Of a stretch of 64,000 nt of DNA, positions 25,109-35,703 are shown piece after piece. This stretch comes from an uncultured delta proteobacterium. Lineage in GTDB: Bacteria > Desulfobacterota > WTBG01. Location of the stretch: the NCBI GenBank assembly GCA_963751515.1, contig CAVVUR010000016.1:12086-76085 (forward strand), written 5' to 3'. Both the position numbers and the translations under genes were made by a program. Below the pieces are notes generated by a model, which saw only the letters and a list, made by a program, of their open reading frames with translations, did not search any database and was not told the DNA's origin. Every line of letters begins with the position of its first letter. The stretch's first letter is position 1.

Positions 25109-27625
25109 TCATGGACATAGTGGACAGTCAGTCCGGTTAAATTCGTCCTTCATCATCACCAGGTCAGCAAGGTCGACACTGTTATCGTAGTTGCAATCAG
25201 CATTACAGGGGTTCGTTGCACAATCCGTTCTTAAGAAGTCCCGCTTCATTATGACGAGATCAGTAAGATTAACCTTGGTATCACTGTTACAGTCTGCATA
25301 ACATTCACAAGCATCACCACAGTTGTTGCCAGCCGGGGGATAGGAGTCTAATTGTTCTGGGTTGGGTATGTTAGGGCAGTTGTCACAGACAACATCAACA
25401 CCGTCACCATCCGGGTCTATAGTATCCAGGTCACAAATGTCTCCTGTTCCGTTATTATCACAGTCAATTTGAAGTGGATTATAGTCATTAGGACAGTTAT
25501 CACAGCAATCCCCTAAACCATCGTCATCTACATCATATTGATCCGGATTGGGTGTGGCGGGGCAATTATCACAAACATCACCCACGTCATCTTCATCGGC
25601 ATCAGTTTGGTCTGGGTTAGCAATATTTAAGCAGTTGTCCACCTGATTATAGACACCGTCGCAGTCATTATCGCAATTGACCCCTTCCTCGCAATTGGTG
25701 AACACGTCGCAGGTGTTGCCGACTCCATCGCAATCTCCATCTTCCTGATCCGGATTATGGTGAACGGGACAGTTATCGCAGGCATTGCCGTGGGAATCGC
25801 TGTCACTATCCTCCTGCCCGGGATTGGGGGCTGCAGGACAATTATCCACAATATCCGGTAGCCCATCGCCATCACTATCAGCTCCGCAATAAGCATCCCA
25901 GCCCCCATCTGCAGATGAATAATCAGAATAGTGAGGCACCGCACAGGAATAACCATAGGACCATGAGCCATCTTGACACACATCTTCAGAAACCCCACCA
26001 AAAATACAAATGGAGTCATAGTCTTTATAACATGAATTGATATAGTCTTCGGGTTCACCCCCCATCATTAAAACAAATGCCTGGTGCGCTGCTTGTTGCG
26101 TTCTTGACAGTTCTTCCGTTGGTGACCATCCTGCTTTATGAGGCGGAGGGCATGACGAACAGGTAGGTGGGTAGGTAAATTCAGTACATTCTGTACATGA
26201 GGCGCTGTCAGTCCACCATTTAATAATGCCGTTGTAGCAGGCATCACCTATACCGTCCGCATCACTATCTTCCTGGTTCGGGTTAACAACGGCAGGGCAG
26301 TTGTCATTGACATCCAGGATTCCATCATTGTCGTCATCATCATCACAGGCATCCCCGATCCCATCCCCATCCGTATCTCTCTGGTCAGGGTTAGTTGCAG
26401 CGGGACAATTGTCACACAAGTCTCCCAGCCCATCCTGATCCCCATTTTCCTGATACGGGTTAAAAAGGTAAGGACAGTTATCTATCTCACCGCACACCCC
26501 ATCTCCATCACTATCATTTTCGGGATCAATGAGACATTGGTCACACGCATCACCTATGCCATCGCCATCTAAATCCTCCTGATTGGGGTTATAGGTATTT
26601 GGACAGTTATCGCAGCCATCGGCTATAATATCTTCGTCCACATCCGATTGGTCCGGATTAAACACATAAGGGCAATTGTCATCCTGATCAAGAATACCGT
26701 CATTATCCCAATCCCCATCATAATGAAGGATGATGCCATCTTCACCCACGGCAAAAACATCCGTCCCTGAACTGCCCCCGATCCCATAGAGACCATTAAC
26801 GGTTCCACTGCTCATGCTAGACCAGATGTTCCCATCATAGTGAATGATGGTGCCACCTTCTCCCACCGCATAGACATCCGTCCCTGAACTGCCCCAGACA
26901 TCACTGAGAAATCTAGTTGTAGCGTCATCCATCTCCAACCAGATGTTCCCATCATAATGGAGGATGGTGTCACCCACGGCAAAGGCATCTGTTACCGAAC
27001 TGCCCCAGATACTGGGAACATACTTTGCGGTATCGTCTACCGACCAAGTACTCCCATCATAGTGTCGCATAGTTCCATATGCACCGACGGCATGGACATT
27101 TGTTCCCGAGCTGCCCCAGATATCATAAAGAACACGCGTCGTTTCACTATTCATAGCCGACCAGGTATTACCATCATAGTGAAGGATAGTGCCTTCGTCT
27201 CCCACAGCAAAGACATCCGTTCCCGAACTTCCCCAGACAGCATGGAGTCTCCCAGCTGTGCCGATGGTCATCTCAGACCATGTGTTTCCATCATAATGAA
27301 GGATGATGCCACCAAAATAACCACCCACCGCATAAACATCGGTTGGCGAGCTCCCCCAGACATCCAAAAGATACGCTGTGGTACCGATACCGATGGTCAT
27401 CTCAGACCATGTGTTTCCATCATAATGAAGGATGATGCCATTACCACCCAATTCGAACCCCACTGCGAACACATCAGTCCCAGAGCTGCCCCAGATTGCA
27501 TAAAGGTCATTTCCTTGCGGCAGCTGATTCTGCCTTTCCCAGCCCGCATATGAAGGTCTGGTCATTGCAAGCAGTAAAAATGAAATGAATATCAATGCCA
27601 TGATTGCACTGTAAAATCCTTTCAT
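25109..27625 (-). CDS. Large secreted protein: beta-propeller repeats + ~11 thrombospondin type-3 (DNCP…NPDQ.D.D.DG.GD.CD) calcium-binding repeats + C-terminal dockerin-like pair
   Basis: The signal peptide is [27 protein letters not shown]. Six to seven ~45-aa repeats follow the pattern '[13 protein letters not shown]…[12 protein letters not shown]'. I counted 11 DNC(P/L) motifs in the translation. The tail [20 protein letters not shown]…[20 protein letters not shown] is a dockerin type-I duplicated EF-hand. Confidence 0.8.
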   Translation of the reverse strand: MKGFYSAIMALIFISFLLLAMTRPSYAGWERQNQLPQGNDLYAIWGSSGTDVFAVGFELGGNGIILHYDGNTWSEMTIGIGTTAYLLDVWGSSPTDVYAVGGYFGGIILHYDGNTWSEMTIGTAGRLHAVWGSSGTDVFAVGDEGTILHYDGNTWSAMNSETTRVLYDIWGSSGTNVHAVGAYGTMRHYDGSTWSVDDTAKYVPSIWGSSVTDAFAVGDTILHYDGNIWLEMDDATTRFLSDVWGSSGTDVYAVGEGGTIIHYDGNIWSSMSSGTVNGLYGIGGSSGTDVFAVGEDGIILHYDGDWDNDGILDQDDNCPYVFNPDQSDVDEDIIADGCDNCPNTYNPNQEDLDGDGIGDACDQCLIDPENDSDGDGVCGEIDNCPYLFNPYQENGDQDGLGDLCDNCPAATNPDQRDTDGDGIGDACDDDDDNDGILDVNDNCPAVVNPNQEDSDADGIGDACYNGIIKWWTDSASCTECTEFTYPPTCSSCPPPHKAGWSPTEELSRTQQAAHQAFVLMMGGEPEDYINSCYKDYDSICIFGGVSEDVCQDGSWSYGYSCAVPHYSDYSSADGGWDAYCGADSDGDGLPDIVDNCPAAPNPGQEDSDSDSHGNACDNCPVHHNPDQEDGDCDGVGNTCDVFTNCEEGVNCDNDCDGVYNQVDNCLNIANPDQTDADEDDVGDVCDNCPATPNPDQYDVDDDGLGDCCDNCPNDYNPLQIDCDNNGTGDICDLDTIDPDGDGVDVVCDNCPNIPNPEQLDSYPPAGNNCGDACECYADCNSDTKVNLTDLVIMKRDFLRTDCATNPCNADCNYDNSVDLADLVMMKDEFNRTDCPLCP

Positions 27626-28133
27626 TTCATCCTCCTTCTCAAATAAAAATACCCGCCCTCTCAGACATGCTCCCTCTGAGATAAGGCGGGGTTGTTTTCC
27701 TATAATGCGATCTTCTCACAAAATCCCCCTATCGGATATCTATCATGTTATAATCTAACCATAAAAGGCCCTTTTATTCAACAACAAAAAAAGCAGCCCC
27801 AAGCCATTAATGATCAACGGGTGATTTCGCATTACATCCAGGTTCTGTGCTACAATACTTCACCTCATAAGGTTGCTCATAATTGTTATTCCGATTGCAA
27901 TTTTGTATACAATTCGCTCTTATCCTCCATCAGGCACCCTTAATACAAATCTGCAATGTAGTAAAAGCACCTGCAACGTATCTGGTACAGGGATTGCATT
28001 TCATTATAACAGGATAAAAAAAGTATTGGGGTCATTCCGTTCAACATGTATTTCCTGTTGTTGTCACCCGGAACGGAGTGACAGGTCTCCTGGATTGATG
28101 CGATAATAAGATCGCGGATACCCCATCATCCTA

Positions 28134-28158
28134 CCCCTCTCCCGCGGCGGGGAGAGGG
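28134..28158. repeat. GGGAGAGGG-type palindromic hairpin
   Basis: The sequence ccctctccc-gcggcg-gggagaggg forms a 9-bp perfect stem. It has the same arm sequence as the element at 24445..24530. Confidence 0.4.
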
Positions 28159-28277
28159 AAATGCATCAGCACATATGGATTTGGTGTGTAATGCAATTGG
28201 GGGGAGAAAACTGCACGGCTAAGGGATATTCTGAAGATTGCTGTTAAGGTGTGTGTATCGTAAGGAGGGGCATTACC

Positions 28278-28556
28278 ATGGAACTAACTACCGATATCGT
28301 ACTCGAAATCCCGCTCTGGCACATGGCAGTGCTGCTGATCATTATGCTGGCCTGCCTGGGGTTTAAAAAGTATGCTGCGGGATTGATAGCGGCAATCCTT
28401 TTTGTCATGTACTGGGGATACGTGTACAACTATGACAAATTCGTCCAGCAGTCATTTCAGTTCAATTACGCGGCATTGTTCTTTTTCCTCATAGGAGCAT
28501 GCAATGCCCTCATCGTAATCGCTCTATCCATTTGCGCGTTTTCCATGGATGACTGA
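28278..28556 (+). CDS. Small integral membrane protein (92 aa, 3 predicted TM helices)
   Basis: An AGGAGG RBS lies 7 nt upstream of the ATG at 28278. The hydrophobic segments are …WHMAVLLIIMLACLGF…, …GLIAAILFVMYWGYV… and …AALFFFLIGACNALIVIALSICAF…. Confidence 0.5.
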   Translation: MELTTDIVLEIPLWHMAVLLIIMLACLGFKKYAAGLIAAILFVMYWGYVYNYDKFVQQSFQFNYAALFFFLIGACNALIVIALSICAFSMDD

Positions 28557-28583
28557 TTGGCGGGTGTCCGCCGCTGCCGGTCA

Positions 28584-30086
28584 TCACAGCCGCAAATTGA
28601 ATTCACTGATCAACCGGGAGAGATAGGTCCGCTGAATCCCCATGATATCGGCAGCCTTCTTCCGGTTGCCGTGGGTGTAGGCCAGGGTCTTGGTCAAAAA
28701 TTCCTTCTTGAAAATATCCTGCGCCTCTTTCAGGGTCATGCCCACCTCGACACCGCTCTGCAATCCTGAATCCGTTTTCCCGATGGGCAGATCGGCAACC
28801 GCGATCTTTTCCCCGTCACCCATCACCACCGCCCGCTCGATGGCATTCTCCAGCTCGCGCACATTCCCCGGCCAGTCGTAGCTTAAAATTGCCTTGATGG
28901 CCTCCGATGAGAACTCCCGTTTCCGCAGGCCCCGGTCACTGGTATATTTGTGCAGAAAGTATTTGGCCAGCACGCCTATATCTTCCCTGCGCTCCCGGAG
29001 CGGCGGTATCTTTAACTGGATCACGTTGAGCCGGTAAAAAAGGTCCTCGCGGAACTTGCCTTCCCTGGTCAACTTATTGAGCTGCTTGTTGGTCGCGGAT
29101 ATAACCCTGACATCAACGGTTATGGGCACTGAGCTGCCGATGCGGTTGAAGGTGCCTTCCTGGAGGACCCGCAGCAGCTTCACCTGCATGGTCTGGCTCA
29201 TCTCTCCGATTTCATCGAGGAATATGGTGCCGCCGTCGGCGGTCTCAAACAGCCCGATCTTCCTGTAGAGCGCGCCGGTGAAGGAACCCTTTTCATGGCC
29301 GAAGAGCTCGGCCTCCAGAAGCGTTTCGGGAAGGGCCCCGCAGTTGACAATCACGAAGGGCTGGTCCCGGCGCTGCCCGGACCGGTGGATCAGGCGCGCC
29401 AGCAGCTCCTTGCCGGTCCCGCTCTCTCCTTCAATCAAGACCGTGGTCTTGGAGTTGGCCACTTTGAGGGCGTCGGCGATCACCTTCTGTATCTCCTTGC
29501 TCTCGCCTACAATCTGGTATTTCATCTCCAGCTGATTTTTCAATCCTGTATTTTCATCAATGACCTTGCGGTATTCCTTTGCCTTGACGATGGCCAGCGC
29601 CGCCAGGTTGGCAAAGGCCTCCAGCATTTCCATGTCCTCTCGCCGGATGGGATTGCCGTCCTCGCGGTCGATAATTTCCACCACGCCGATCACTTCCTCG
29701 CCGATCTTCATGGGCACGCAGGCAATGGATTTGGTGTCAAAGCCGATCGATTCGCTTATCTTCTTATCCCACAGGTCATCCGTGCTGACATCCTCCACCA
29801 GCAGCGGCTTGCCCGTTTTTGCCACGTATCCCGCGATGCCTTCACCCAGGCCGACTTCAAATTTCTTCACGTCATCGCTCTTTTCTCCGGTGGCGACCTG
29901 GAAGTAGAGCGTATCGGTTTTTTTATCAAGCAGCAGCAGCGAGCTGGCCCGGGCTTTCATCACCTCGGTGGCGGACTCAATGATCATTCCCAGCAGGTGG
30001 TCCAGATCAAAAACCGAGGTCACCAGTGAGGAAATATTGGAAATAAATTGCAGCCTGGGATCGTTAAACTTGCTCTTCCCTTTCAT
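28584..30086 (-). CDS. Sigma-54-dependent transcriptional activator (GAF sensor - AAA+ - Fis-type HTH)
   Basis: The motifs are Walker A GESGTGKE, the GAFTGA-type loop (EKGSFTGA) and C-terminal …[21 protein letters not shown]. The ATG at 30086 has an AAGGGGA RBS. Confidence 0.85.
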   Translation of the reverse strand: MKGKSKFNDPRLQFISNISSLVTSVFDLDHLLGMIIESATEVMKARASSLLLLDKKTDTLYFQVATGEKSDDVKKFEVGLGEGIAGYVAKTGKPLLVEDVSTDDLWDKKISESIGFDTKSIACVPMKIGEEVIGVVEIIDREDGNPIRREDMEMLEAFANLAALAIVKAKEYRKVIDENTGLKNQLEMKYQIVGESKEIQKVIADALKVANSKTTVLIEGESGTGKELLARLIHRSGQRRDQPFVIVNCGALPETLLEAELFGHEKGSFTGALYRKIGLFETADGGTIFLDEIGEMSQTMQVKLLRVLQEGTFNRIGSSVPITVDVRVISATNKQLNKLTREGKFREDLFYRLNVIQLKIPPLRERREDIGVLAKYFLHKYTSDRGLRKREFSSEAIKAILSYDWPGNVRELENAIERAVVMGDGEKIAVADLPIGKTDSGLQSGVEVGMTLKEAQDIFKKEFLTKTLAYTHGNRKKAADIMGIQRTYLSRLISEFNLRL

Positions 30087-30344
30087 CAGTTCCCCTTGGC
30101 ACGCTTCCACAGCATGAGGTCAGGACTTACACTGCAGCCGTTTGAGTAAATCAGTAACCGGGTAAGGCGGCGTATGCATGGTCGGAAAATGGTATTATAT
30201 TGTGCACTCACTGTTATCGACAGCATGCGCTTAATACTTTAATGCTTTAGGGGTGTGCACTTTATTACAACCGGGACGGGAATTTACAAAGGGATGTGAC
30301 GAAGAACGATCCCTTTATATGCAGTAATGTATGTAAAGGGTAGC

Positions 30345-30369
30345 CGCAGGCTTCAGCCTGCGTTTTTTT
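30345..30369 (+). terminator. Textbook intrinsic terminator in an ORF-free intergenic region
   Basis: The sequence cgcaggc-ttca-gcctgcg forms a 7-bp GC-rich stem with a 4-nt loop. T7 (30363-30369) follows immediately. Confidence 0.5.
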
Positions 30370-30749
30370 GTGATCTTCTGACATGGATTGCTGATAAAAG
30401 ATTGCTGCACATTGTTTGCGCAGGCTGAAGCCTGAAGCTACAATCAATAATTGAACTACACACCTGCCTTCATTCCATTGATGATCCCCCAGCCGCCAAG
30501 ATTACTTCTTATTGGATCCTGCGATCACCGAGCAGGATGGCTATTGGATACTTATCGGCAAATGTTTAGTGTCACTGCCTGATACATGTGCATATCAAAA
30601 TAAGCCGCTCGTTTTACTAAAGTTATTTATGGAGTCTCCGATACATTTAGGTAGCGTGAGAGCCGGTACCGGCACATGAGAGTGTACCGGCATCCGGCCG
30701 TGAACCATAAAAGAGGTCGTTTGCACAGACCATCTGTAAGCAACTGCCC

Positions 30750-31847
30750 ATGCTCTTAACCAAGCTTTTAACCGAGATTAAGCAAAAAAACGCATCGGAC
30801 CTGCACATCCGCTCCATGTTGCCTCCTGTGATGCGTATTGACGGCAACCTCTATCGGGGAGACCATCCTGCTTTATCAACCGAAGAGATCGAGGCAATGG
30901 CCCAGAGCATTATGAATGACAACCTAAAAAAGAAATTCACGCAAAAATTATCTGTTGACACTTCATATTCGGTCCCGGGGGTAGGCAGGTTCCGGGTGAA
31001 TATATTCCGTCAGCGCGGAACCACCTCTCTGGTTTTCAGAAATATACCCTTTGTCATTCCGACCATCGAGTCCCTCAATCTTCCCCAGGTAATAAAATCC
31101 TTCTGTGATAAACCTCAGGGGTTGGTGATTGTTACCGGGCCGACCGGTTGCGGCAAATCCTCAAGCCTGGCGGCCATGATCCAGCTGATCAATCAAACCA
31201 ACAGCCGCCACATCGTCACCATCGAGGACCCAATCGAATACCTCTTCAAAAATGAGAACTCCATTATCAGCCAGCGGGAAATCGGCATCGATACACCGAA
31301 CTTTGCCCACGCACTCAAAGATGCTCTCAGGCAGGATCCTGATGTAATCCTGATCGGCGAAATGAGGGACATTGAAACCACCTCCATTGCCATGAACGCA
31401 GCGGAAACCGGCCACCTCATCTTCAGCACCATGCATGCCAACAACACCTATGAGGCAGTATCACGCATCATCGACATCTTTCCCAACGATCAGCAAAACC
31501 AGATAAAGCTGCAGCTCGCCAATGTGCTTATCGGCGCCATCTCGCAGCGGCTGATCAGCCGGGCGGATATGGCAGGAAGAATCCCGGCAGTGGAAATTCT
31601 CATCGCCACTGCCGCCATCAAGAAAATGATTGCCCAAAGCCAATACAAAGAAATACTGGAGCAGATTGAAAAATCGGTGGTTCATTACGGCATGCAATCG
31701 CTTGAGCAGTCCCTGCTGGCGCTGCTTGCCAACAAGATGATCAACCTTGACGAGGCGCTAAACACCACCTTGCGGCAGAGCGAGCTGGAACTGATGCGTG
31801 AGCAGTTGGGCATCGGCGAACTCGGTGGTTTTCGGTCCAGCAATTAA
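30750..31847 (+). CDS. pilT: Type IV pilus retraction ATPase PilT
   Basis: The sequence carries …ASDLHIRSMLPPVMRIDG…, Walker A GPTGCGKSS, and the Asp box/His box region …DPDVILIGEMRD…GHLIFSTMH…. Confidence 0.9.
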   Translation: MLLTKLLTEIKQKNASDLHIRSMLPPVMRIDGNLYRGDHPALSTEEIEAMAQSIMNDNLKKKFTQKLSVDTSYSVPGVGRFRVNIFRQRGTTSLVFRNIPFVIPTIESLNLPQVIKSFCDKPQGLVIVTGPTGCGKSSSLAAMIQLINQTNSRHIVTIEDPIEYLFKNENSIISQREIGIDTPNFAHALKDALRQDPDVILIGEMRDIETTSIAMNAAETGHLIFSTMHANNTYEAVSRIIDIFPNDQQNQIKLQLANVLIGAISQRLISRADMAGRIPAVEILIATAAIKKMIAQSQYKEILEQIEKSVVHYGMQSLEQSLLALLANKMINLDEALNTTLRQSELELMREQLGIGELGGFRSSN

Positions 31848-31884
31848 CACCGTCTGTGGAATTACTTTTGTTCGGAGAATAATT

Positions 31885-32226
31885 ATGCCCCAGGAATCCT
31901 ATGCCGACTTCTCGATTATTCAGAAATATCTCGATCAGAAACGATATTACGACGAAGCAATGAAGGAACATCAGGCCAAGGTTGCCAAGCTGGAAAGCAG
32001 CATCGGTGAGCTCAAAGATGAACTGCAGGCCAAGGACCAGGCGCTGAAGCAGCTCCTTGAGCAGGCGGAGGCCTATGAGGCCACCATTAAGGAACGGGAA
32101 AAATCGATGCAGGAATTAACCCTTACCATTCACCGGCTCAAGAAGCAGGTGGAGGGGGGAATGCCCGGCAATGGAGGCCAGAACGGCGAAGAGCAGAAGG
32201 TCAAATTCGGCTTCATGAAAAAATAA
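31885..32226 (+). CDS. Coiled-coil protein (113 aa), function unknown
   Basis: A GGAGAA RBS lies 7 nt upstream of the ATG at 31885. A heptad-rich, Glu/Lys/Gln-rich region is present (…KVAKLESSIGELKDELQAKDQALKQLLEQAEAYEATIKEREKSMQELT…). Confidence 0.5.
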   Translation: MPQESYADFSIIQKYLDQKRYYDEAMKEHQAKVAKLESSIGELKDELQAKDQALKQLLEQAEAYEATIKEREKSMQELTLTIHRLKKQVEGGMPGNGGQNGEEQKVKFGFMKK

Positions 32227-32247
32227 GGGGCGGCCTGCGGCTGCCCC
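32218..32247 (-). terminator. Hairpin + U-run downstream of the J-protein gene
   Basis: The sequence ggggcggcc-tgc-ggctgcccc forms a 9-bp stem including one G·U pair. On the minus strand UUAUUUUUU follows. Confidence 0.4.
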
Positions 32248-32288
32248 GGTCTGCATATCCCATCATCTTCCATCACAGCGAAGTCTTC

Positions 32289-33264
32289 TCAGATGCCTTC
32301 CTTCACCAGCTCCTCAAGCAGGCCGCGCTGATGCCTGTCGAGCCTGGTGGGGACCTTCACCACAATCCGCACGTAGAGATCGCCCTTTCCCTTGCCCTGA
32401 AAGTGGGGAAGACCATATCCCCGCAACCTGATCCTGCTGTGGCTTTGCGTGCCCGCCGGGACTTTCACCGTCCGCGTCGCCCCTTCCAGGGTGGGCACCT
32501 CTATGGTAGACCCCAGCGCCGCCTGGGTGAACTGAATCTCCTTGTCACAATAGAGATCGCTCCCCTCCCGCTTGAAGAGGGGATGATCGAGCACGGTTAT
32601 CCTGATATACAAATCGCCGTGCTGGCCCCCCTCCGATCCGCGCTGTCCCTTTCCCGCGATTCTCGAGCTTTTTCCCGGTGCTGATGCCGGGGGGAATCTT
32701 GATGTTCACCCTGTTTAGGGTTTCGTCTTCGTCCCGGAAGGCAATCTGCTTGGAGGTACCGGCGGCGGCCTCCTCCAGGGTTATGGACAGGTCGTAGATC
32801 GCGTCCGCTCCCTTCTGGGGTGGACTGTAGTAGCGGCCCCCCGCGGCTCCCGAAAAGGGGCCCCCGCCCGCGTCACGGCCATATGCATTGAAGAAATCCT
32901 GGAAGTTGACCGTTTTCGACGTTCTCCTGCCGCCGCCGAAGAGGGTGCTGAAAATGTCCTCCGTCCCCAAGCCGGAATCCTTGAACAGGTCACCGATATC
33001 AAAGCCTCTGAAAATGTCCTCCTGGCTGTAGCGGCGGTGAAATCCCGAGTATCCCACGGCATCATATTCCTGCTTCTTTTTCTTGTCGCTGAGCACCGCG
33101 TAGGCCTCGCTCACCTCCTTGAACCGCTCCTCCGACTCCTTGTTGCCCTGATTCCTGTCCGGATGATACTTGAGGGCCAGCTTGCGATAGGCCTTCTTTA
33201 TCTCTTCCTCCGAGGCGGTTTTTTTTACCCCCAGGATGTCGTAGTAATCTCTTTTTGCAGCCAT
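32289..33264 (-). pseudogene. DnaJ/CbpA-class J-domain co-chaperone, frame broken by a 1-nt indel near 32655-32680
   Basis: The J domain reads [13 protein letters not shown]…YHPDRN… and is followed by a G/F-rich region (ORF 32545..33264). After …[12 protein letters not shown] the +1 frame continues [38 protein letters not shown]… (ORF 32289..32612). This is the expected CbpA C-terminal domain sequence. Confidence 0.75.
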
Positions 33265-33274
33265 AGCCTTCCGT

Positions 33275-35023
33275 TCAGTGTGAGTAGGATTGTTTAATGA
33301 GGCGATCCAAATATCCCTCCGGGTCCCGCAATGCCTCGCGGCTGAGGGTAAACCGGTGAATGCCGTTCTTCTCCTGTATCAGTGTAAGCCCGTGCTGATA
33401 ATTCTTAAGCAGCGCGCTCAGAAGCTCCTCTACGGCGGTCCCCTCCTCCAAAGACCGCTTTACCAAACTGTCTACCGCCCGGTCTTCAAACAGGATTTTA
33501 ATTCCGCACTCCTCAAAAAAGAGCTCCTCGTACTGCCTGACCTCCTCAATCAGTGAATGGATCTTTTCGAGCACGGCGTTCACCTCGGAGCCCTTCATCA
33601 CCACCCGGTCGATCAGGAGCGAAAGCCGTGCGCCCTTCAACAGTTCCCGCTGCTCCCGGGGAAAGCTGTTCTTCTGCCTGACAATGTGCTCCCGCAATTC
33701 CTTCTTTTCCTTCAGAATCGCCCTCCGGTACCGCTTCCTGTCATCGCTGCTCTCACCCTGCTCTAACAGCGCCTGCAGCGATCCGGCGGGATCGTCCACC
33801 AGCGCCCTGGTCACCAGCAGCCGTTTGATGGAGGTCGAGGGAAGTTTCTTCTCAAATTTCATCAGCACGCTCTCCACCGCGCTGACCAGGCCCCGGGCAC
33901 CGGTATTGTGTCCGCAGGCACGCTCCGCAAGGGCGTAGAGCGCATCCTCCTCGAAGCGCAGATCGATGCCGTAGGCCCGGAAATCCCGTTTTTTGGCATT
34001 AATCACCGTGCTGTTGCGGTGCCTGAGTATGTGAAACAGGTCTTCCACATCCAGCCTGTCAAAGACGGTGGTCACCGGCAGCCTGCCCACGAATTCCGAT
34101 TCAAACCCGTAATTGATCAGGTCCTCCGGGGTTACCATTTTCAGATAGTCTGCGTCATTATCGCTCTTCTTAAGCTCCGCGCCGAATCCGATCCCCTGTC
34201 TGGCCACCCGCTTTCTGATGGTCTCGCTCAGGCCGTTGAAGGCCCCGCTCACGATAAACAGGATGTCTTTGGTGTTGATGACCCGCTTCTCCTTCTTGCC
34301 CGTTTTGCGATACTGCTCCATGGCCTCCATCTGCGACACCAGGTCGTGGGGCACCTTAAGGTCAACCTCGGTTTCCTCCATGGGCTTCAGCAGGCACCGC
34401 TGCACCCCGGTGCGTGAGACGTCGATACCGATGACCGTGCCGCCCGAGGCTATTTTATCTATTTCATCAATGTAAATGATCCCGCACTGGGCGAGCTCAA
34501 TGTCGCCGTCCGCTTCGCGCACCAGGTCTCTCACCAGGTCCTCGACATCGCCTCCCACGTACCCGGTTTCGCTGAACTTGGTGGCATCCCCCTTCACGAA
34601 GGGTACGCCGATCTTTTTGGCAATGAGCTTGATGAGGTAGGTTTTCCCCACACCCGTGGGACCGATCATGATGATATTGTTCTTGATCATTCCCACCCGG
34701 TCGGGGTTGTCCCGGCCCCGGCATGCCTCCCGGTACTGTATTCTCTTAAAGTGGGTGCAAATTTTGGTGGCCAGCACCTCCTTGGCATCACCCTGCCTGA
34801 CCACGAACTGGTCAAGGTAGGCCTCCAGCTCTTCCGGCTTTAAATCAAAGGCTATTTTCCTTGACTGTGAGGGCGCTCCCCCCTCTCCATCAAGCACCCC
34901 CTCTTCCTTCTGGGGCATGGCCACCGGTGTGGCCAATTTGATCCGGTCGCCGTACTTCTTGGTGAGGTATTCATTCAGCTCTTTTTCCAGTTCTTTCGGA
35001 TCGGGAAGTGTTCCAACCGCCAT
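33275..35023 (-). CDS. ClpX/HslU-like AAA+ ATPase lacking the ClpX zinc-binding N-domain, with extended C-terminal region
   Basis: The motifs are Walker [10 protein letters not shown], Walker [11 protein letters not shown], and ClpX-like …[16 protein letters not shown]… The ATG at 35023 has an AAAGGA RBS. There are no N-terminal Cys pairs. Confidence 0.8.
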   Translation of the reverse strand: MAVGTLPDPKELEKELNEYLTKKYGDRIKLATPVAMPQKEEGVLDGEGGAPSQSRKIAFDLKPEELEAYLDQFVVRQGDAKEVLATKICTHFKRIQYREACRGRDNPDRVGMIKNNIIMIGPTGVGKTYLIKLIAKKIGVPFVKGDATKFSETGYVGGDVEDLVRDLVREADGDIELAQCGIIYIDEIDKIASGGTVIGIDVSRTGVQRCLLKPMEETEVDLKVPHDLVSQMEAMEQYRKTGKKEKRVINTKDILFIVSGAFNGLSETIRKRVARQGIGFGAELKKSDNDADYLKMVTPEDLINYGFESEFVGRLPVTTVFDRLDVEDLFHILRHRNSTVINAKKRDFRAYGIDLRFEEDALYALAERACGHNTGARGLVSAVESVLMKFEKKLPSTSIKRLLVTRALVDDPAGSLQALLEQGESSDDRKRYRRAILKEKKELREHIVRQKNSFPREQRELLKGARLSLLIDRVVMKGSEVNAVLEKIHSLIEEVRQYEELFFEECGIKILFEDRAVDSLVKRSLEEGTAVEELLSALLKNYQHGLTLIQEKNGIHRFTLSREALRDPEGYLDRLIKQSYSH

Positions 35024-35100
35024 GATTATCCTTTCTTGCGAAGATTTCAGCACCGGGCGCTTCCTATTTTATTAGCAGGCTGTTGCAAGTCACCCGTTTG

Positions 35101-35329
35101 CTTGCGTAGCTCAAGGGGTGGGGCTTTTGATGCCACAACAATGTGTCTTTACTCTTACGGCACGACCCGGAGCCTAACGACTCAAATCGCAGACAGGCAG
35201 CTTTGCAGAGGCTTCGATAGAGGCTGTTACTATGCGGGTCTGCAAACAAAGTTAGAAAGTCGCTGCCGTTCTACAGGCTCCGAATAATTTTGTTGTGGCT
35301 AAAAAGCCCCACCCCTTGAGCCACGCAAG
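35101..35329 (+). mobile_element. MITE-like element, family 1, copy A (~229 bp, ~40-bp terminal inverted repeats)
   Basis: The left end is cttgcgtagctcaaggggtggggcttttgatgccacaacaa. The right end is ttgttgtggctaaaaagccccaccccttgagccacgcaag, its near-perfect reverse complement. The whole element recurs inverted at 43288..43510. It has no coding capacity. Confidence 0.75.
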
Positions 35330-35703
35330 ATTTATCAGCCTGCACCACTACTTTTTCAACAACCTTCTATATAATAACATACTTAACAGCAGTCTGCAAA
35401 TAAATACCCGGCAAAAAATATTTGCTGTGTCGGCAGGAGCGCATTCATGCGCGATACATTCGCGGTTCAATCCGCTCCTGCCCGATCACACCGTGCTTGA
35501 TGCAGACCCGCAGCGGTGAACCCGCATGCATGCGGGGCCCTTTCGCAATACCCCGGGATTAGGTATTGACAATGGGCCTCCTTTCATGCTTAATAGGATG
35601 CTGCTATGCGGACGCGGTGTGCGAGCATGGCGGGAAGCTGAAGGAAGCGTCAGGGGACTCACTCATTGACAACCGGATACCTGGAAGGGAGAATGGTTCT
35701 GTA

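Noticed and set aside
27692-28106. Two short '+' ORFs (83 and 77 aa) in the AT-rich spacer
   Set aside because: They have no RBS, odd low-complexity composition (Ile/Asn/Tyr/Ser-rich from AT-rich DNA) and no motifs. I treat the region as non-coding promoter or spacer DNA.
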